Shown piece after piece: positions 25,313-38,446 of a stretch of DNA of 64,000 nt. The notes below the pieces were generated by a model that did not search any database, was not told the origin of the DNA, and was given only the letters and a program-made list of their open reading frames with translations. Made by a program: the position numbers and the translations under genes. The stretch comes from Octopus sinensis (taxonomy: Eukaryota). The first letter of the stretch is position 1; each line of letters starts with the position of its first letter. The stretch lies in NCBI RefSeq assembly GCF_006345805.1, contig NC_042998.1:125550001-125614000 (forward strand), read 5' to 3'.

Positions 25313-25402
25313 CACAGTCATTTTTTGGGATAAAATCTTACTCCGCCATTCCATTAAATCTAGTACTGAATTTCGGATGTCAAGAAATTTTTCATCACAG
25401 TT
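25313..25402 (-). CDS. DOCK1: DOCK-A exon C (NCDEKFLDIRNSVLDLMEWRSKILSQKMTV)
   Basis: caacag|AAC ... GTG|gtaagt. 90 nt, phase 0 to 0. Resembles DOCK1 YDLIEWRSQILS. Confidence 0.92.
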
Positions 25403-25530
25403 CTGTTGCCAAAGATAAGACAAGACAGTTATGAGAGAGGGAGGGAAGAGAGGGAAGGAGCAAGTTTGTTTTTGATGTTGGGATTTGCAGCCCTGTAGAT
25501 CCAAACAACTTCTGTAGGGAAATGTATACT

Positions 25531-25721
25531 CTTTTACTTGTTTCAGTCATTTGACTGCGGCCATGCTGGAGCACCGCCTTTAGTCGATCAAATCGACCCC
25601 GGGACTTATTCTTTGTAAACCCAGTACTTATTCTATCGGTCTCTTTTGCCGAACCACTAATTGACGGGGACGTAAACACACCAGCATCGGTTGTCAAGCA
25701 ATGCTAGGGGGACAAACACAG

Positions 25722-25770
<49 letters not shown>

Positions 25771-25937
25771 TACGACAGGCTTCTTTCAGTTTCCGTCTAC
25801 CAAATCCACTCACAAGGCATTGGTCGGCCCGGGGCTATAGCAGAAGACACTTGCCCAAGATGCCACGCAGTGGGACTGAACCCGCAACCATGTGGTTGGT
25901 TAGCAAGCTACTTACCACACAGCCACTCCTGCGCCTA
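25531..25937 (-). mobile_element. tRNA-derived composite SINE, family 2
   Basis: Reverse complement of 12081-12463, about 130 nt upstream of the exon C acceptor. Confidence 0.88.
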
Positions 25938-26176
25938 GGTATGTTTAAGTAATGTTGCTGATGAGGCTTCACACATTAACTACTATTAAATATTGTCTTG
26001 CATTAAAGTTTTCTTCATAAATGAAAGGAAACAGATTTCCAAACATGAGCACACATCTTTTTTTTCACTTCATTGTTTCATAAAATCTTTCTTTTTTGAA
26101 ATTTATGATATATTGAAAGCGGTGGCTTTATAACTTTATAGCTTAGATTTAAAGTGCATACATAATTTGAGTTATA

Positions 26177-26530
26177 TCATCATCATCGTTTAATGTCCGC
26201 TTTCCATGCTGGCATGGGTTAGATGGTTTGACAGAAGGTGGCCAGGGATTGCACCTAGAAAGTTCCTCTTTCAGGCCCAAGTCCGGGCAAGGTTGTTCTG
26301 TGGAAGACCAGCAGTTGCCCATGCATACCTCCCCTCTCCACACCACTGATGCTGTCCAAGGAAATGCAAAGACTGATGCAACTTGGCACCAGTGTAAATT
26401 ACAACTCATTTCTACAGCTGAGTGAACTGGAGCAATGTGAAATAAAGTCAAGAACGCAACATATAGCTCGATCCAGGAATCAAACTCACTACCTCATGAA
26501 TGTGGGCCTGACACTAACCACTGAGCCATA
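26177..26530 (-). mobile_element. SINE family 1 fragment joined to an RTE tail
   Basis: RTE tail at 26177-26235 followed by reverse-complement SINE body and head. Confidence 0.72.
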
Positions 26531-26549
26531 CGCATATATGTATGTGTGT

Positions 26550-26582
<33 letters not shown>

Positions 26583-29065
26583 AGACTGGAGGTGTTTCGC
26601 GTTGCAAGACAGTGTGTGAGAGAGAATCGTGATGTGGTAGGAAAGAAGTGTGTTCGCATGGAAGATGGTTCACTTGCGCTAAATGAGGATGCAAAGAGAG
26701 AGGCTTGGAGATGCCACTATGAAAGTTTGCTGAATAAAGAAAATGAATGGGATAAAGAGAGTCTGCCGAATGTTGACCCAACAGAGGGACCAGCTATCCG
26801 AGTTGATAGTTCCGTGGTAGCTAAGGCAATTAGAAGCATGAAGACAGGAAAAGCCCCAGGCCCATCAGGAATCACTGCAGAGATGCTCAAAATGTCTGGT
26901 AGTGTCGGCTATAGCCTAGTCACCCATATAGTTCATCAGGTGATACACAAAGGAGTCATACCCAATGACTGGTGTAGCAGCATAATAGTCAACTGCTACA
27001 AAGGTAAAGGTGACGCCCTAGATACAAATAATTACAGAGGTATCAAGCTGTTGGATCAGGTGATGAAGGTTACGGAGAGGGTCATAGCCCAACTAATTAG
27101 AGAGAGAGTTAGTTTAGATGAGATGCAGTTTGGGTTTGTGCCAGGGAAAAGTACTACTGATGCTATATTCCTGGTAAGGCAGCTGCAGGAGAAATACCTA
27201 GCCAAAGATAAGCCCCTGTACCTGGCTTTTGTTGACATGGAGAAAGCCTTCGACAGGGTCCCCCGATCCCTTATCTGGTGGGCAATGAGGAAACTAGGGA
27301 TAGATGAATGGTTAGTGAGAGCTGTGCGGGCCATGTATAGGGACGCTGCTAGTAGGGTGAGGGTTGGAAACGAGTACAGTGAAGAATTCCGGGTAGAGGT
27401 AGGGGTCCACCAACGCTATTTATCATAGTCCTCCAGGCAATAACGAAGGAATTCAAGTCAGGATGCCCTTGGGAGCTCCTCTATGCTGATGACCTTGCTC
27501 TAATTGCTGAGTCGCTATCAGAACTGGAGGAGAAGTTTCAGGTGTGGAAACAAGGATTAGAATCGAAGGGCCTCAGAGTCAATCTAGCTAAAACCAAAGT
27601 CGTAATCAGTAGGAAGGTAGACAAATCACAAACGCCTTCAGGTAGATGGCCCTGCTCGATCTGTAGAAAAGGTGTAGGTAGAAACTCTATAAGATGCACC
27701 AAGTGTAAGCTATGGACACATAAGAGGTGCAGCAATGTCAAAGGAAGGCTAACTAGGAAGATGGTTTTTGTATGTGGCAGATGCTCAGGAACAATAAACA
27801 CTGAAAATGCTCTGAGACCAACTTCCGTCACTTTCCAGGGAGAAAAACTAGAAATAGTTGATAGTTTCCGTTACCTAGGTGACCAAGTCAGCAGCGGGGG
27901 CGGGTGTGCTGAAAGTGTAACTGCTAGAGTAAGAATAGCTTGGGCAAAGTTCAGAGAGCTCTTACCCCTGCTGGTGAAAAAAGGCCTCTCGCACAGAGTG
28001 AAAGGCAGACTGTATGATGCGTGTGTACGAACAGCCATGCTACATGGCAGTGAAACATGGGCCGTGACTGCTGAGGATATGCGTAAGCTCGCAAGAAATG
28101 AAGCCAGTATGCTCCGATGGATGTGTAATGTCAGTGTTCATAATCGACAGAGTGTAAGTACCTTGAGAGAAAAGCTAGACCTAAGAAGCATCAGTTGTGG
28201 TGTGCAAGAGAGACGATTGCGCTGGTATGGTCATGTGGCGAGAATGGATGAAGATAGTTGTGTGAAAAAGTGCCACACCCTAGCGGTTGAGGGAACCTGT
28301 GGAAGAGGCAGACCCAGGAAAACCTGGGACGAGGTGGTGAAGCACGACCTTCGAACTTTAGGTCTCACTGAGGAAATGACTAGAGACCGAGTCCTCTGGA
28401 AGTGTGCTGTGCGCGAGAAGACCCGGCAGGACAAGTGAGTCCATAACCCGTGGCCTTCTACTTGGGATGAGCCAGCCTACGTATGCATACCTTCCCTTCT
28501 TGGGACACAAAACTCTACTTGTGAAGACCTGTTGAGGCAAGTGAGGATCAACTCTACTTGTGAAGACCTGTTGAGGCAAGTCAGAATCGAAATCGATCAA
28601 TGGAAATTGCAGATGTGTTACCAGTGCCGGTGGCATGTCGAAACTCTACTTGTGAAGACCCGTTGAGGCAAGTGAGGATCAGAATGGAAATCGATCAATG
28701 GAAATTGCAGATGTGTTACCAGTGCCGGTGGCATGTAAGAGAACCTTCCGTTTCGTGACCGTTGCCAGCACCTCCCCGTTTCGTGTCCGTTGCCAGCCTC
28801 GCCTGGCCCTTGTGCCGGTGGCACATAAAAAGCACCATCCGTTCGTGGCCGTTTGCCAGCTCTGTCTGGCACCTGTGCGGGTGGCACGTAAAAAGCACCC
28901 ACTACACTCACGGAGTGGTTGGCGTTAGGAAGGGCATCCAGCCGTAGAAACACTGCCAGATTTGACTGGGCCTGATGAAGCCTTCTGGCTTCACAGACCC
29001 CAGTAGAACCGTCCAACCCATGCTAGCATGGAAAACGGACGCTAAACGATGATGATGATGATGAT
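26583..29065 (+). mobile_element. Young RTE-clade LINE, 5'-truncated (no endonuclease), one frameshift, PHD-like insert in RT, (GAT)n tail, inserted in (TA)n
   Basis: Frame 1: GKAPGPSGI, YRGIKLL, QFGF, FVDMEKAFDRV, GVHQ. A short deletion near 27412 shifts the frame. Frame 2: YADD (27482-27493), KTK, FRYLG, RLRWYGHV, GRGRPRKTW; stop at 28438; 3' UTR ends ...gctaaac(gat)n. Confidence 0.95.
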
Positions 29066-29280
29066 ATATATATACATATATCAATTCAGTTTGACTAGAT
29101 GTATAGCATAGATTTAACTGTCAGAAGTATTATACTTGGTATTTTAAAATGAAATCAGGCTTACTATATATATAGTACTCAATAAGCTAGAGTGTGTACA
29201 TTTGTTCAGGTAACCAAGAAAAGGAAAAAGAGATAGAGTGGGTAGATAGAAAGAGGAAGAGTATCATTGTTTCATCATAA

Positions 29281-29990
29281 TTCAATTTTTAATGCCCGCT
29301 TTTCCATGCTTGCATGGGTTGGATGGAATTTGTAAGGCAAGATTTTCTATGGCTGGACGCCCTTTCTGTTGCAACCCTAACCTGTTTCCAAGTAAGGTAA
29401 TATTTTCCCCATGACTAGATATGTTTTCACAGAATACTGGAAATGAAGGACACTGCTTGCATGATGGTAGCACTTGTTTACAACTATCACATGATGTCAT
29501 GATGAGGAGACTGTAACACACATACAAACATGATGAAGAAAAAGGCAGGTATATTTGGAGGTGGAGTCAGGAGGGTAAAGACCACCTTCAGTCAAGAATG
29601 ACCATGGGATTGCACCTAGAAAGTTACCTTACAAGGCACAAGTCCAGGCAAGGTTGTTTATGGAAGACCAACAATTGCTTATGCACACCCTCTCCACACC
29701 ACCAATGTTATCCACAGGAAAGGCAAAGGCTGATACAATTTAGCACCACTGATGTTGCAACTCATTTCTACAGTTGAGTATACTGGAGTAACATGAAATA
29801 AAGTGCCTTGCTCAAGAACACACAACCAGATCCAGGAATTGAACTCACTACCTCATTATTGTGAGCCTGCTCCTCTAACCATTGAGTCATGTACCTTCAC
29901 CACCCAAACCATTGAGCCATGCACCTTCACCGCTCCAAGTATTGAGGTATATGCCTTCACCCTCTAACCATTGAGCCATGCACCCTCATG
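29281..29990 (-). mobile_element. RTE tail (29281-29520) and SINE family 1 (29590-29990) with a tandemly repeated head
   Basis: Matches to the copies above. Four ~30-bp head repeats at 29874-29988. Confidence 0.75.
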
Positions 29991-30474
29991 AGTTAGGAGG
30001 GAAGTGATTAATTAACAATAGCAGAGATGGACAAAGGTAAGAATTACTGTCAAATGGAGAGAAATTGATTTCAGGATGTCCTCTTTCTCTTGGCCCACAT
30101 CATACCTAACGTTTTCCCCTTGTTATACATGCAGCTATATCTCACCAAATCAGAGACAGTTGTAACCACCCAAACCAAGCAGCATTTAATTTATTTTCCT
30201 GTTTCCATCAAATAGTGTGTGTGTGTGTACGCACGTGCATGCACGTATATATGTATGGATGGAATTTGGATAGATACATTTATGTATGTCTATCTTATTC
30301 TGCAGTCCACTGTCCTTCACCATCCTCCTCACACCTGCATTCTTCCTTTCCTCACTTACCTTTTGCCACTAACAACCACTCTGTAAATGAAGCAGTTAAT
30401 ACTTTGAGTCCCCAAGCAACTCCTGATTTGCTGTTAATTGTCAATAAGGTAAATACTCCACCTCTCTCTATGAA

Positions 30475-30476
<2 letters not shown>

Positions 30477-30515
<39 letters not shown>

Positions 30516-30737
30516 TATATATATATATATATTATATATATATATTATATATATATATATATATATCTATATATATATATATATATATGAAATATAATAT
30601 AATATATATATGAATATATATATAAATATATATATGAAATATATATATATATAGATATATATATATATAATATATATATATATTATATATATATATGAAA
30701 TATATATATAAATATAATATATATATATATATATGAA

Positions 30738-30798
<61 letters not shown>

Positions 30799-30844
30799 AT
30801 ATATAAATATATATATGAAATATATATATAAATATATATATGAA

Positions 30845-30918
<74 letters not shown>

Positions 30919-30937
30919 ATATATAAATATATATATA

Positions 30938-30985
<48 letters not shown>

Positions 30986-31069
30986 TCGTCATTTAATGTC
31001 GCTTTCCATGCTGGCATGGATTCAATGGTTTGACTGGAACCGGTAAGCTGGAGACTTGCATCAGGTTCC

Positions 31070-31098
<29 letters not shown>
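30477..31098. repeat. Long interrupted (TA)n microsatellite containing an RTE tail at about 30984-31068
   Basis: About 500 bp of TA repeat with recurring gaaa/aaa interruptions. Confidence 0.95.
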
Positions 31099-31101
<3 letters not shown>

Positions 31102-32297
31102 TAAACAAAAAGCAAGGGAGCATGAATTATATAACCAATTGCATTAGCTTAGAGTTTCTGGTATAAGGTGCAGTGCATTCAGAGCTAAATGTCAGTGAAT
31201 CACCTTCTAGCTTCCTTGGAGTTTCCAAAGTGCATTGCATCTTAGAGCAGAAACAGCTGAAAGCTAACGAAGTTGATTATGTAATTCTTGTTCCCTTGTC
31301 TTTTATTTAAATTTATATTATGCTCTGTACTCACCTAATGCTTTATTTCAAAGCATATGTATATAGAGTTCTAACAACAGCTTATTAGTATCACTATCCC
31401 TAAATGAAATTTTAAATCTCACAACATGACATCTTGGGCAAATGCCTTTATGATAGCCTCAGGTTCAATCCAAACATTGTAGATAGATGGGACTGTTTAG
31501 AAGCACATTGAATGGATTGTACCAGTGATTCAAAGGTCCTGCCTTGTCACATTGAGAATTACATTAAGGGTATGTATGCCTGTGAAATTCTCAACCACAT
31601 TGCATGTTAATTCAATAAGTAGATAGTCCATTTGATTGAAATCCTGGATACTCATGTGTCAGGAGGGTTCATCTATTATTGAATGTGATTTAGAATTTTC
31701 ATGAACAAGATGGATGCATTATCCCACATGTATGAGCAGTTATCTAGTAAGCATATTATACTTTGCAAGAAATTACCCTTAGTGATAGTTGAGAGCTATT
31801 GCTAGCTCTGGCTTCAAAGCATAGAGTAGATGAAATAAATCTTCAGTCAACTGTCAGAAATACCACCAGTTAATCTGGAATCTATTTCAATGGGAGGGAT
31901 CATGACTCATGAGCAACTAGTTAGTCATCTTGTCCATAGAGACAAAACCTATCTAATGCAGTAAAAGAGTAGAATCCAAGGAAACAAATATGTTACATAT
32001 CACGTTTCCTTGTTCAAACAGAGGAATAAACTTTATGCTATGAGGAAAAAGTTAACTCTACTTTTTTAGGCAGAACCTTCTGGAAAGAGACGCAGACTTG
32101 ATTGTGTGCGTTTCATGAAAGGTTATCAAAGACAATAAGAGTGTAGTGTATTATTCATTCTTGTTATGAAGTTTGACACTAAAGAGATTTTTTTCAACTA
32201 TATTCACATTGCGCAAAATGTTTTAAAAATCTAATCTGTTAAATGCATTAAATTAAGATATATTTTCAGTGATTCCAGAACACAGATGGTAATATAC

Positions 32298-32394
32298 CTC
32301 ATAAAGTTGATACATTATGTTACTCCATTCTCGAAGTACACTTGTAATCTCTGCAACAATTGGTGGTTCACCTGTGTAAATGAGTTCTTGACAT
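32298..32394 (-). CDS. DOCK1: DOCK-A exon B (GCQELIYTGEPPIVAEITSVLREWSNIMYQLYE)
   Basis: ttacag|A TGT ... TAT GAG|gtatat. 97 nt, phase 2 to 0. Resembles DOCK1 LPLIQEVTTTLREW. Confidence 0.93.
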
Positions 32395-33129
32395 CTGTAA
32401 TGAGCAAAAACAATAAGAAAAAGAGTCAACAGAAATACATAACATGACAAGAATAGTCTAAAATTGTGGAGCAATTCTCAATATGCTTGTCCTCTATATG
32501 GTCATAAATGTTTTTGAAGAAATTCACAAGATTTTCTAGCTATAAATGTAGCAAAGTGAAAGTAAAGATCCAGCCCTCAGTGCGTGAAAATAACAATTTC
32601 TTCTATGGTAAATGGGTCTTTTATAAAGTAATGCTTCTACTGCAATATATCATTGGTACATAAATAAAATGTATGCGTGAGGGTATTATAGGCTTAAAAG
32701 AAAAATAGATTAATAAATGATAAAAACAACTTCCTTCCATTTCATTTTAACACATAAACAGGATTTACTGTAATAAATTATATATATAATAGGCATTACA
32801 CAATACTATCAGCAGCTGCAGCATTGAAAAGATCAACTGATTGATAATATAATAGTTTTACATACTATCAATTACACAATCTTGACAATAGCTGTAGTTC
32901 AAATAGAAATTATGGATTGTGATTAAAACTTCAGTTTTGAATTAAATAATAAAAAGGAGAAATAATGGGTAAGTTACAGCTTATTTTAGCTGAGCAGAGA
33001 AAGGCAAAAATAGAAGATTCAATGCAAAAAACAAAAAAAAATGCAAAAGTAATTTTTTTTAAATGTTTACAACAGAATGTGAGATAAATGATACACAGAA
33101 AAAAGTAGAGGAGGCAGCACACCCATATC

Positions 33130-35465
33130 TGGTAGAATAGGATATGGTCTAGTCACCTGCATGATTAATCAGGAAGGTGTCCTTCCCCAATGACTGGTGC
33201 CACAAAGGTACATAGAAGTAATTACATCAGCATCAAATTGCTGGACCAAATTATGAAAGTTACAGAAAGAGTTATAGTCCAATTAATTAGTGACAGAATC
33301 AGATAAGATGAAATGCAGTCTAGCTTTATGCCAAGGAGAAGCACTGCCGACACTGTTATCATAGTCAGGCAACTGCAGAAGAATAAACTATTGTACTTGG
33401 CATTTGTTGAGTTGGAGAAAGCCTTCAATAGAGTACCTAGCTGTGTGATATAGTAGATTCTGAGGAAACTAGGGGTAAACAAATGTCTTCTGAAAGCTGT
33501 GCAGGGCATGTACAGAGGTTCTATTAGTAAGGTGAGAGTTAACTGTGAGTACAGTGATGAATTTAGTGTGCAGGCAGGGGCGTTTTTGTCAGGTTTGGTT
33601 ATCAGTCCCCTCCTATTCATCATTGTCTCCAAGGCCATAACAGAAAACTTTAATATTGGCTACCTCTGGGAACTGCTATATGCTAGTAATCTTGCTCTTA
33701 CAGCAGATTCTGTAACAGAAAGTCAGGTGTGGAAGTAAAACCTGGAATCAATGGGCCTTAAGATGATCTTAGCAAAGACCAAGGTCCTAGTAAACAGGAA
33801 ATTAGTCAAGACCCTACCCCCATCAGGTAAATGGCCCTAATCAATATGCAGGAAAAGTGTAGGCAGTAATTCGATAAGGTGTACAGTGTTAGCAACGGAC
33901 ACACAAAAGGTGCAATGGAATAATAGGAAGATTAAGAGAGAAAGTAGTGTTGTATGTGGAACATGCACAGGAGCCATAAAGACTACAGATACATGAGAAA
34001 TAGATTTTCTCAAATGCCCCAGAAGCTCTTTAGAGATAATGGATAATTTTTGCAACCTAGTGGACATGATGAGCAGCCAGGGAGGATGTACCAAAAGTGT
34101 AATTGCTAGAATAAGAATAGGAAGGAGAAAATTCAGATACATTTTGCCTCTGTTGGCAACCAAAGGTCACTCTCCCTGATTGAAGGGAAAGTTGAATGAT
34201 GCATGTGTACAAACAACAATATTACGTGGCAGTGAGGGGTGGGTCCTGAATGCAGAAGATATGTGGAAACTAGAGGGGAATGAAGCTAGTATTCTCTGCT
34301 GGATGGGCAATATATGTGAGACAGTGTTAGTGTATTGAGAGAAAAATTAGACCTAAGAGGAATTAGATGCAGTGTGCAAGAGAGAAGACTGCACTGGTTT
34401 AGTCATGTAATGCATATGAATGTGGCCAGTTGCATATAGAAGTGCTGATTGCTTAAAGTGGATGGAACTTGTGGAAGAGGGAGACCAAGAAAGATATCGG
34501 ATGAAATACTGAAGGCTAATCTCAAGATCCTGAGCCTTACAAAAGAGATAAAGGACAGATATCTGGTGCCTTGCTGTACTGAAAAAGACATCCACCACAG
34601 CAGAATTGATATCCTAAACCATCCTGGATAATGCTTGTCTGTGAGGAGCTCTGACCTAACCCACCTGCATCCACTCTGCCTTGTCAACCATTTTCCTACA
34701 CCTTTCATGCCCTAACTCACATCACTTATCTATCACCTGAAAGCAGAATAGGTGCATACTACATTCTCCTGCTTTCTCAGTTACCTCCTTCTTCATGCTG
34801 AAATGCTTTCATTTCCCATTATCTTTCCCCACCTGCTGTCTCTACCAATCACCTCCTTTCCTCCCTTTTGTTGTTCTCCATCATTAACACATTGCTTATC
34901 TACTATCACCCTCAATGCTCTCACATACCTACCCAACCCTGCCCCCCCCAGCCTCTTCTACATTTCACTCCATCATCTGCCTCAGTCAACTATATCTTGT
35001 CCGTCCAGCCAGTCTAAATTTCTGTATCATCCCAATTATTCTCACCACCCCTAATGTCCCCTGAGGGCATGTCCTGACATATCTTGCATTATTGATCTCT
35101 TTATTTTACTCTCTAACTCATCCCCCTTTCTTTTTCAACTGGAGTATTCTATACCTCTATACCTCATCAGCTGGCACAAACTCCTCTTACCCCCACCACT
35201 ACTACCTGCTTCCAAGTTACTTGGTGACAGTGCTAGCGCCAAGTAAAGAATACTGGTGCTGGCACTATGTAAAAAGCACTGGTGCCATGTAAAAAGAACC
35301 AGTGTTACATAAAGGCACCCAGTACACTCTGTAAAGAGGTTGGCTTTAAAAAGGGCATCTAACCATAGAAACCATGCCAAAACAGACAATGGAGCCTTAC
35401 TAGCTCCTGTTAGACCATCCAACCCATGCCAGCATGGAAAATGAACATTAAATGATGATGTTGAT
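33130..35465 (+). mobile_element. Old RTE LINE (decayed RT to tail, pyrimidine-rich 3' region)
   Basis: Decayed GVFPNDW, KLLDQIMKV, AFVELEKAFNRV, LYASN (from YADD) and GTCGRGRPRK motifs. Tail ccatgccagcatggaaa...gatgatg. Confidence 0.85.
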
Positions 35466-37171
35466 GAATTAATTAATGTCTAGTGCTTTTCTGCTCATAA
35501 TAATTCTTGAGCTATAACCCAAGTTCAAAAATGGTTGTGTTTGGGAACTGTTAATGATATGGTTCTCATGTCAGGACCTTTTGAAATGTTGCAAAAATGT
35601 TGCAGACATTATTCAAAGGCCTGTAGATTCAACATGGTAAAGACCAATGTGCTGGGTTAGTAAGTGACAACATAAAATCACAGTGATATTTGGGAATTAA
35701 TCAGATTTAATACGTAGGAATTCAGTAAGAGTTTGATCAAGCAATGAATATACAAAGAATGCAGTGGAACCTATGACAATAACAGATACAAGATGTGAGC
35801 TATGCTGGATATACAGGATAGTTAGTAGTAGAAGTATCACTTAAATTAAGTTGATGAACTGCCCAAATGGTTCACTAAATATAGTTGCTAGTTACTGAGG
35901 TAGTTACAGAAGACCTATCCTACTCACACTAGTCACAGAATGATGGACATTAAAATAATGATGACTTACAAAGTGCTCAAGCAAAGTCAGAGAGTTGCTA
36001 GATTCTACAGAAAGAGAATCGATATGTTTATTAATCCAGTTGTCTTTCACTTATTCCTTTCAAATATTCAAAGAAGAGAAGAATGAAGGAGAGGAAAAGA
36101 ATAAAAATTCTTTTTTTGTTTCAAATATCTCAGTTTCTTCTCCGGGATTGCACTTTGTTTAATTTTTTGTTTATTTATTATTTATCTTCTTGTTTTTTGT
36201 TCAAATTCTCCTGACAATGCATCTGTGCAAATGTAGGATAAATAATATCTCTCTGTGACACAGCTGTTATATTGTCAGGAGTGGAAACAACTTCCAAGAA
36301 AATCACCCTTCCTCCCTCCCCCCTCACACACACACACACACACACACACAATTATTTTTAAACTTAAATAATTTTAAATATCAAAGAATTTTTTTCCCGC
36401 ATTTTTAGTGTAATGATATTTTAAAGATTCAGGATGATTAAAAAAAAAAAAAAGAATTCAGAAAAAAATCAGAGTAAAATTGAATGAAATGAATTTTCTC
36501 CAACAGTACGGTTTTTGTTTCCTTCATTTTCAGACATGCATTATTTGTAGCTATAAATAAGGGAGAATATATTATCACTGAACATATTTTTTAGGATGTC
36601 AAATTTCTTTATGGCACCATCTAATTATTACAGTTAATGATATGAATGCATATTCTTTTCTAATATGTTTTAAGAGAAGAGTGTTAATGCATGCTATACT
36701 GCAAAGGTTTAACAAACAGCTAAAGATGGAAAAAAGCAAGTGCAGAACTAAAATACCAAGTTATTAATAACTTTTAAGGATAAAAAATGAAGAAAATGAA
36801 GAAAACTAAAATCAAAAGGAGTAATGCTGATCAATTTTTCTTGTACTCTTAGTGTTGTCATACGTTATTAGTGTTATGAATTTTTTTATTTATTTAATCA
36901 GTGTGTGTGTGTGTGTATGTGTGCATATTTTATACATTCAAACACAGATACAGATCATGTTCCTTATGGTATGGTACGAGGAAAATAAATTGCATTATGT
37001 AGAAGCAATTATATTTTCATTGTGCTTGTAGCAAAGAGAAGTAATGATGATAATGATGATGATTACAACAATAACAACAGAAATGATATTAATAATACTT
37101 AGAATCAAGCAAAGCGAAAATAATTAGTGTTGAAAGGGACTTTATATATATATATATATATATGTGTGTGC

Positions 37172-37202
<31 letters not shown>

Positions 37203-38446
37203 ATATATAATATATATATATAAAACACACGCGCACACACACATACACATATATATATATAGAGAGAGGGAGGGATAAAATACAAACTAGAAACTGCACA
37301 AAACATCAGTAAAAGACAAAATAGCAGAAAAGATTAAAAAACAAAACAAAATCAAAATAGAATTCTAAAATATTCTAAAGAACAGAAAAAACCTCATTTC
37401 ATGTCCAATACCATGTAAAACTCAATGGATAGGAAGTAAGCCAGTGTGAAAGCCAAAAATGGCTCAAAAGCTGTGGGCTAAAAACAGAAATGGAAGATCT
37501 GATTTTAACTGCATAGAATGTATGCCTGGCTACAAATAACAATAAGAACAAAGTGCACAGTATGCAATCAGTAGGTGATGAAGTAGCATAATCATTAGAT
37601 CATTAGATAGAATGTTTCACAGAAATAAATTTTGCCTTTCCTCCTTTCAGGTTTGATAAAAGGGTATCAATTCAGGGCAGTGGATTGGTGTAAATGTAAG
37701 AATGTTGGATGGGATGTTTTGTGGTATTTTTCTGACTTTTTGCATTCCGAGTTCAAACTCTGCCATAGTCTACAGGTGTAGTAGACTTACCACTGCCCCG
37801 TCTAACACCACCAACCTGCATCTTGAGTGTTTTAAGCAAAGGCTACTCTGTTGCAAGCATTTAATACCAAGTTTCTAGTTTGAAGATGCCTTCCCCTACT
37901 CTCCACCACCAGCCTTGAAGACCCTATAACAGGCCTTCTCTCCTGACTAAAAGATTGAGAAAAAAAGCAACCAGTACAAAGAGGAAACTGTCATCATTTT
38001 TTTGCCTAGTCTTTGCAATGTCCAAGTATACTCACATATAATAATGAGCCTCTAACTACAACCACAGAGCAATATACCAACACTTCATGAAAATGGTTAA
38101 CAGGTGATATAAATATATTGAACAGAGTATATAACAAAGCTATAGCCACAATCATCTGGAACATACCTCTCCAAACTGATAACGAGATGAAAGAAAACTG
38201 TTCAAGTGCATTAAGAACAGAAATGAAAATCTGTGTACACTGAGATCTTGATCCTTTTCTCACCAAAGAATTACCCTATTAATAATAACCCAAAAGGAAC
38301 ATGAATAAAAGTAAACCATACAAGAGTTCACATCCTGACACAAAATAGCCCTGGTAGGTACAGCCCACATCTTATACAAGACACTTTCAATTCAACTGCA
38401 CATTTCACACAATACACTCCTTTCACTTGTACAGCACACAGTTCTT

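Noticed and set aside
26349-26582. N-terminal part of the 359-aa ORF suggesting a longer RT protein
   Set aside because: It is read-through of an antisense SINE and microsatellite. RTE homology starts only at about 26583.
26583-26625. Two RTE copies (26583 and 62685) truncated within ~40 nt of each other
   Set aside because: Other copies truncate elsewhere, and two cases cannot show a hotspot.
28972-29000. CTGATGA in the RTE 3' UTR as a hammerhead core
   Set aside because: No GAAA, stem III or NUH follows, and the bases are used in a simple hairpin.
30532-31071. 179-aa and 141-aa ORFs (IYIY...)
   Set aside because: Translation of the (TA)n microsatellite, which has no stops in those frames.
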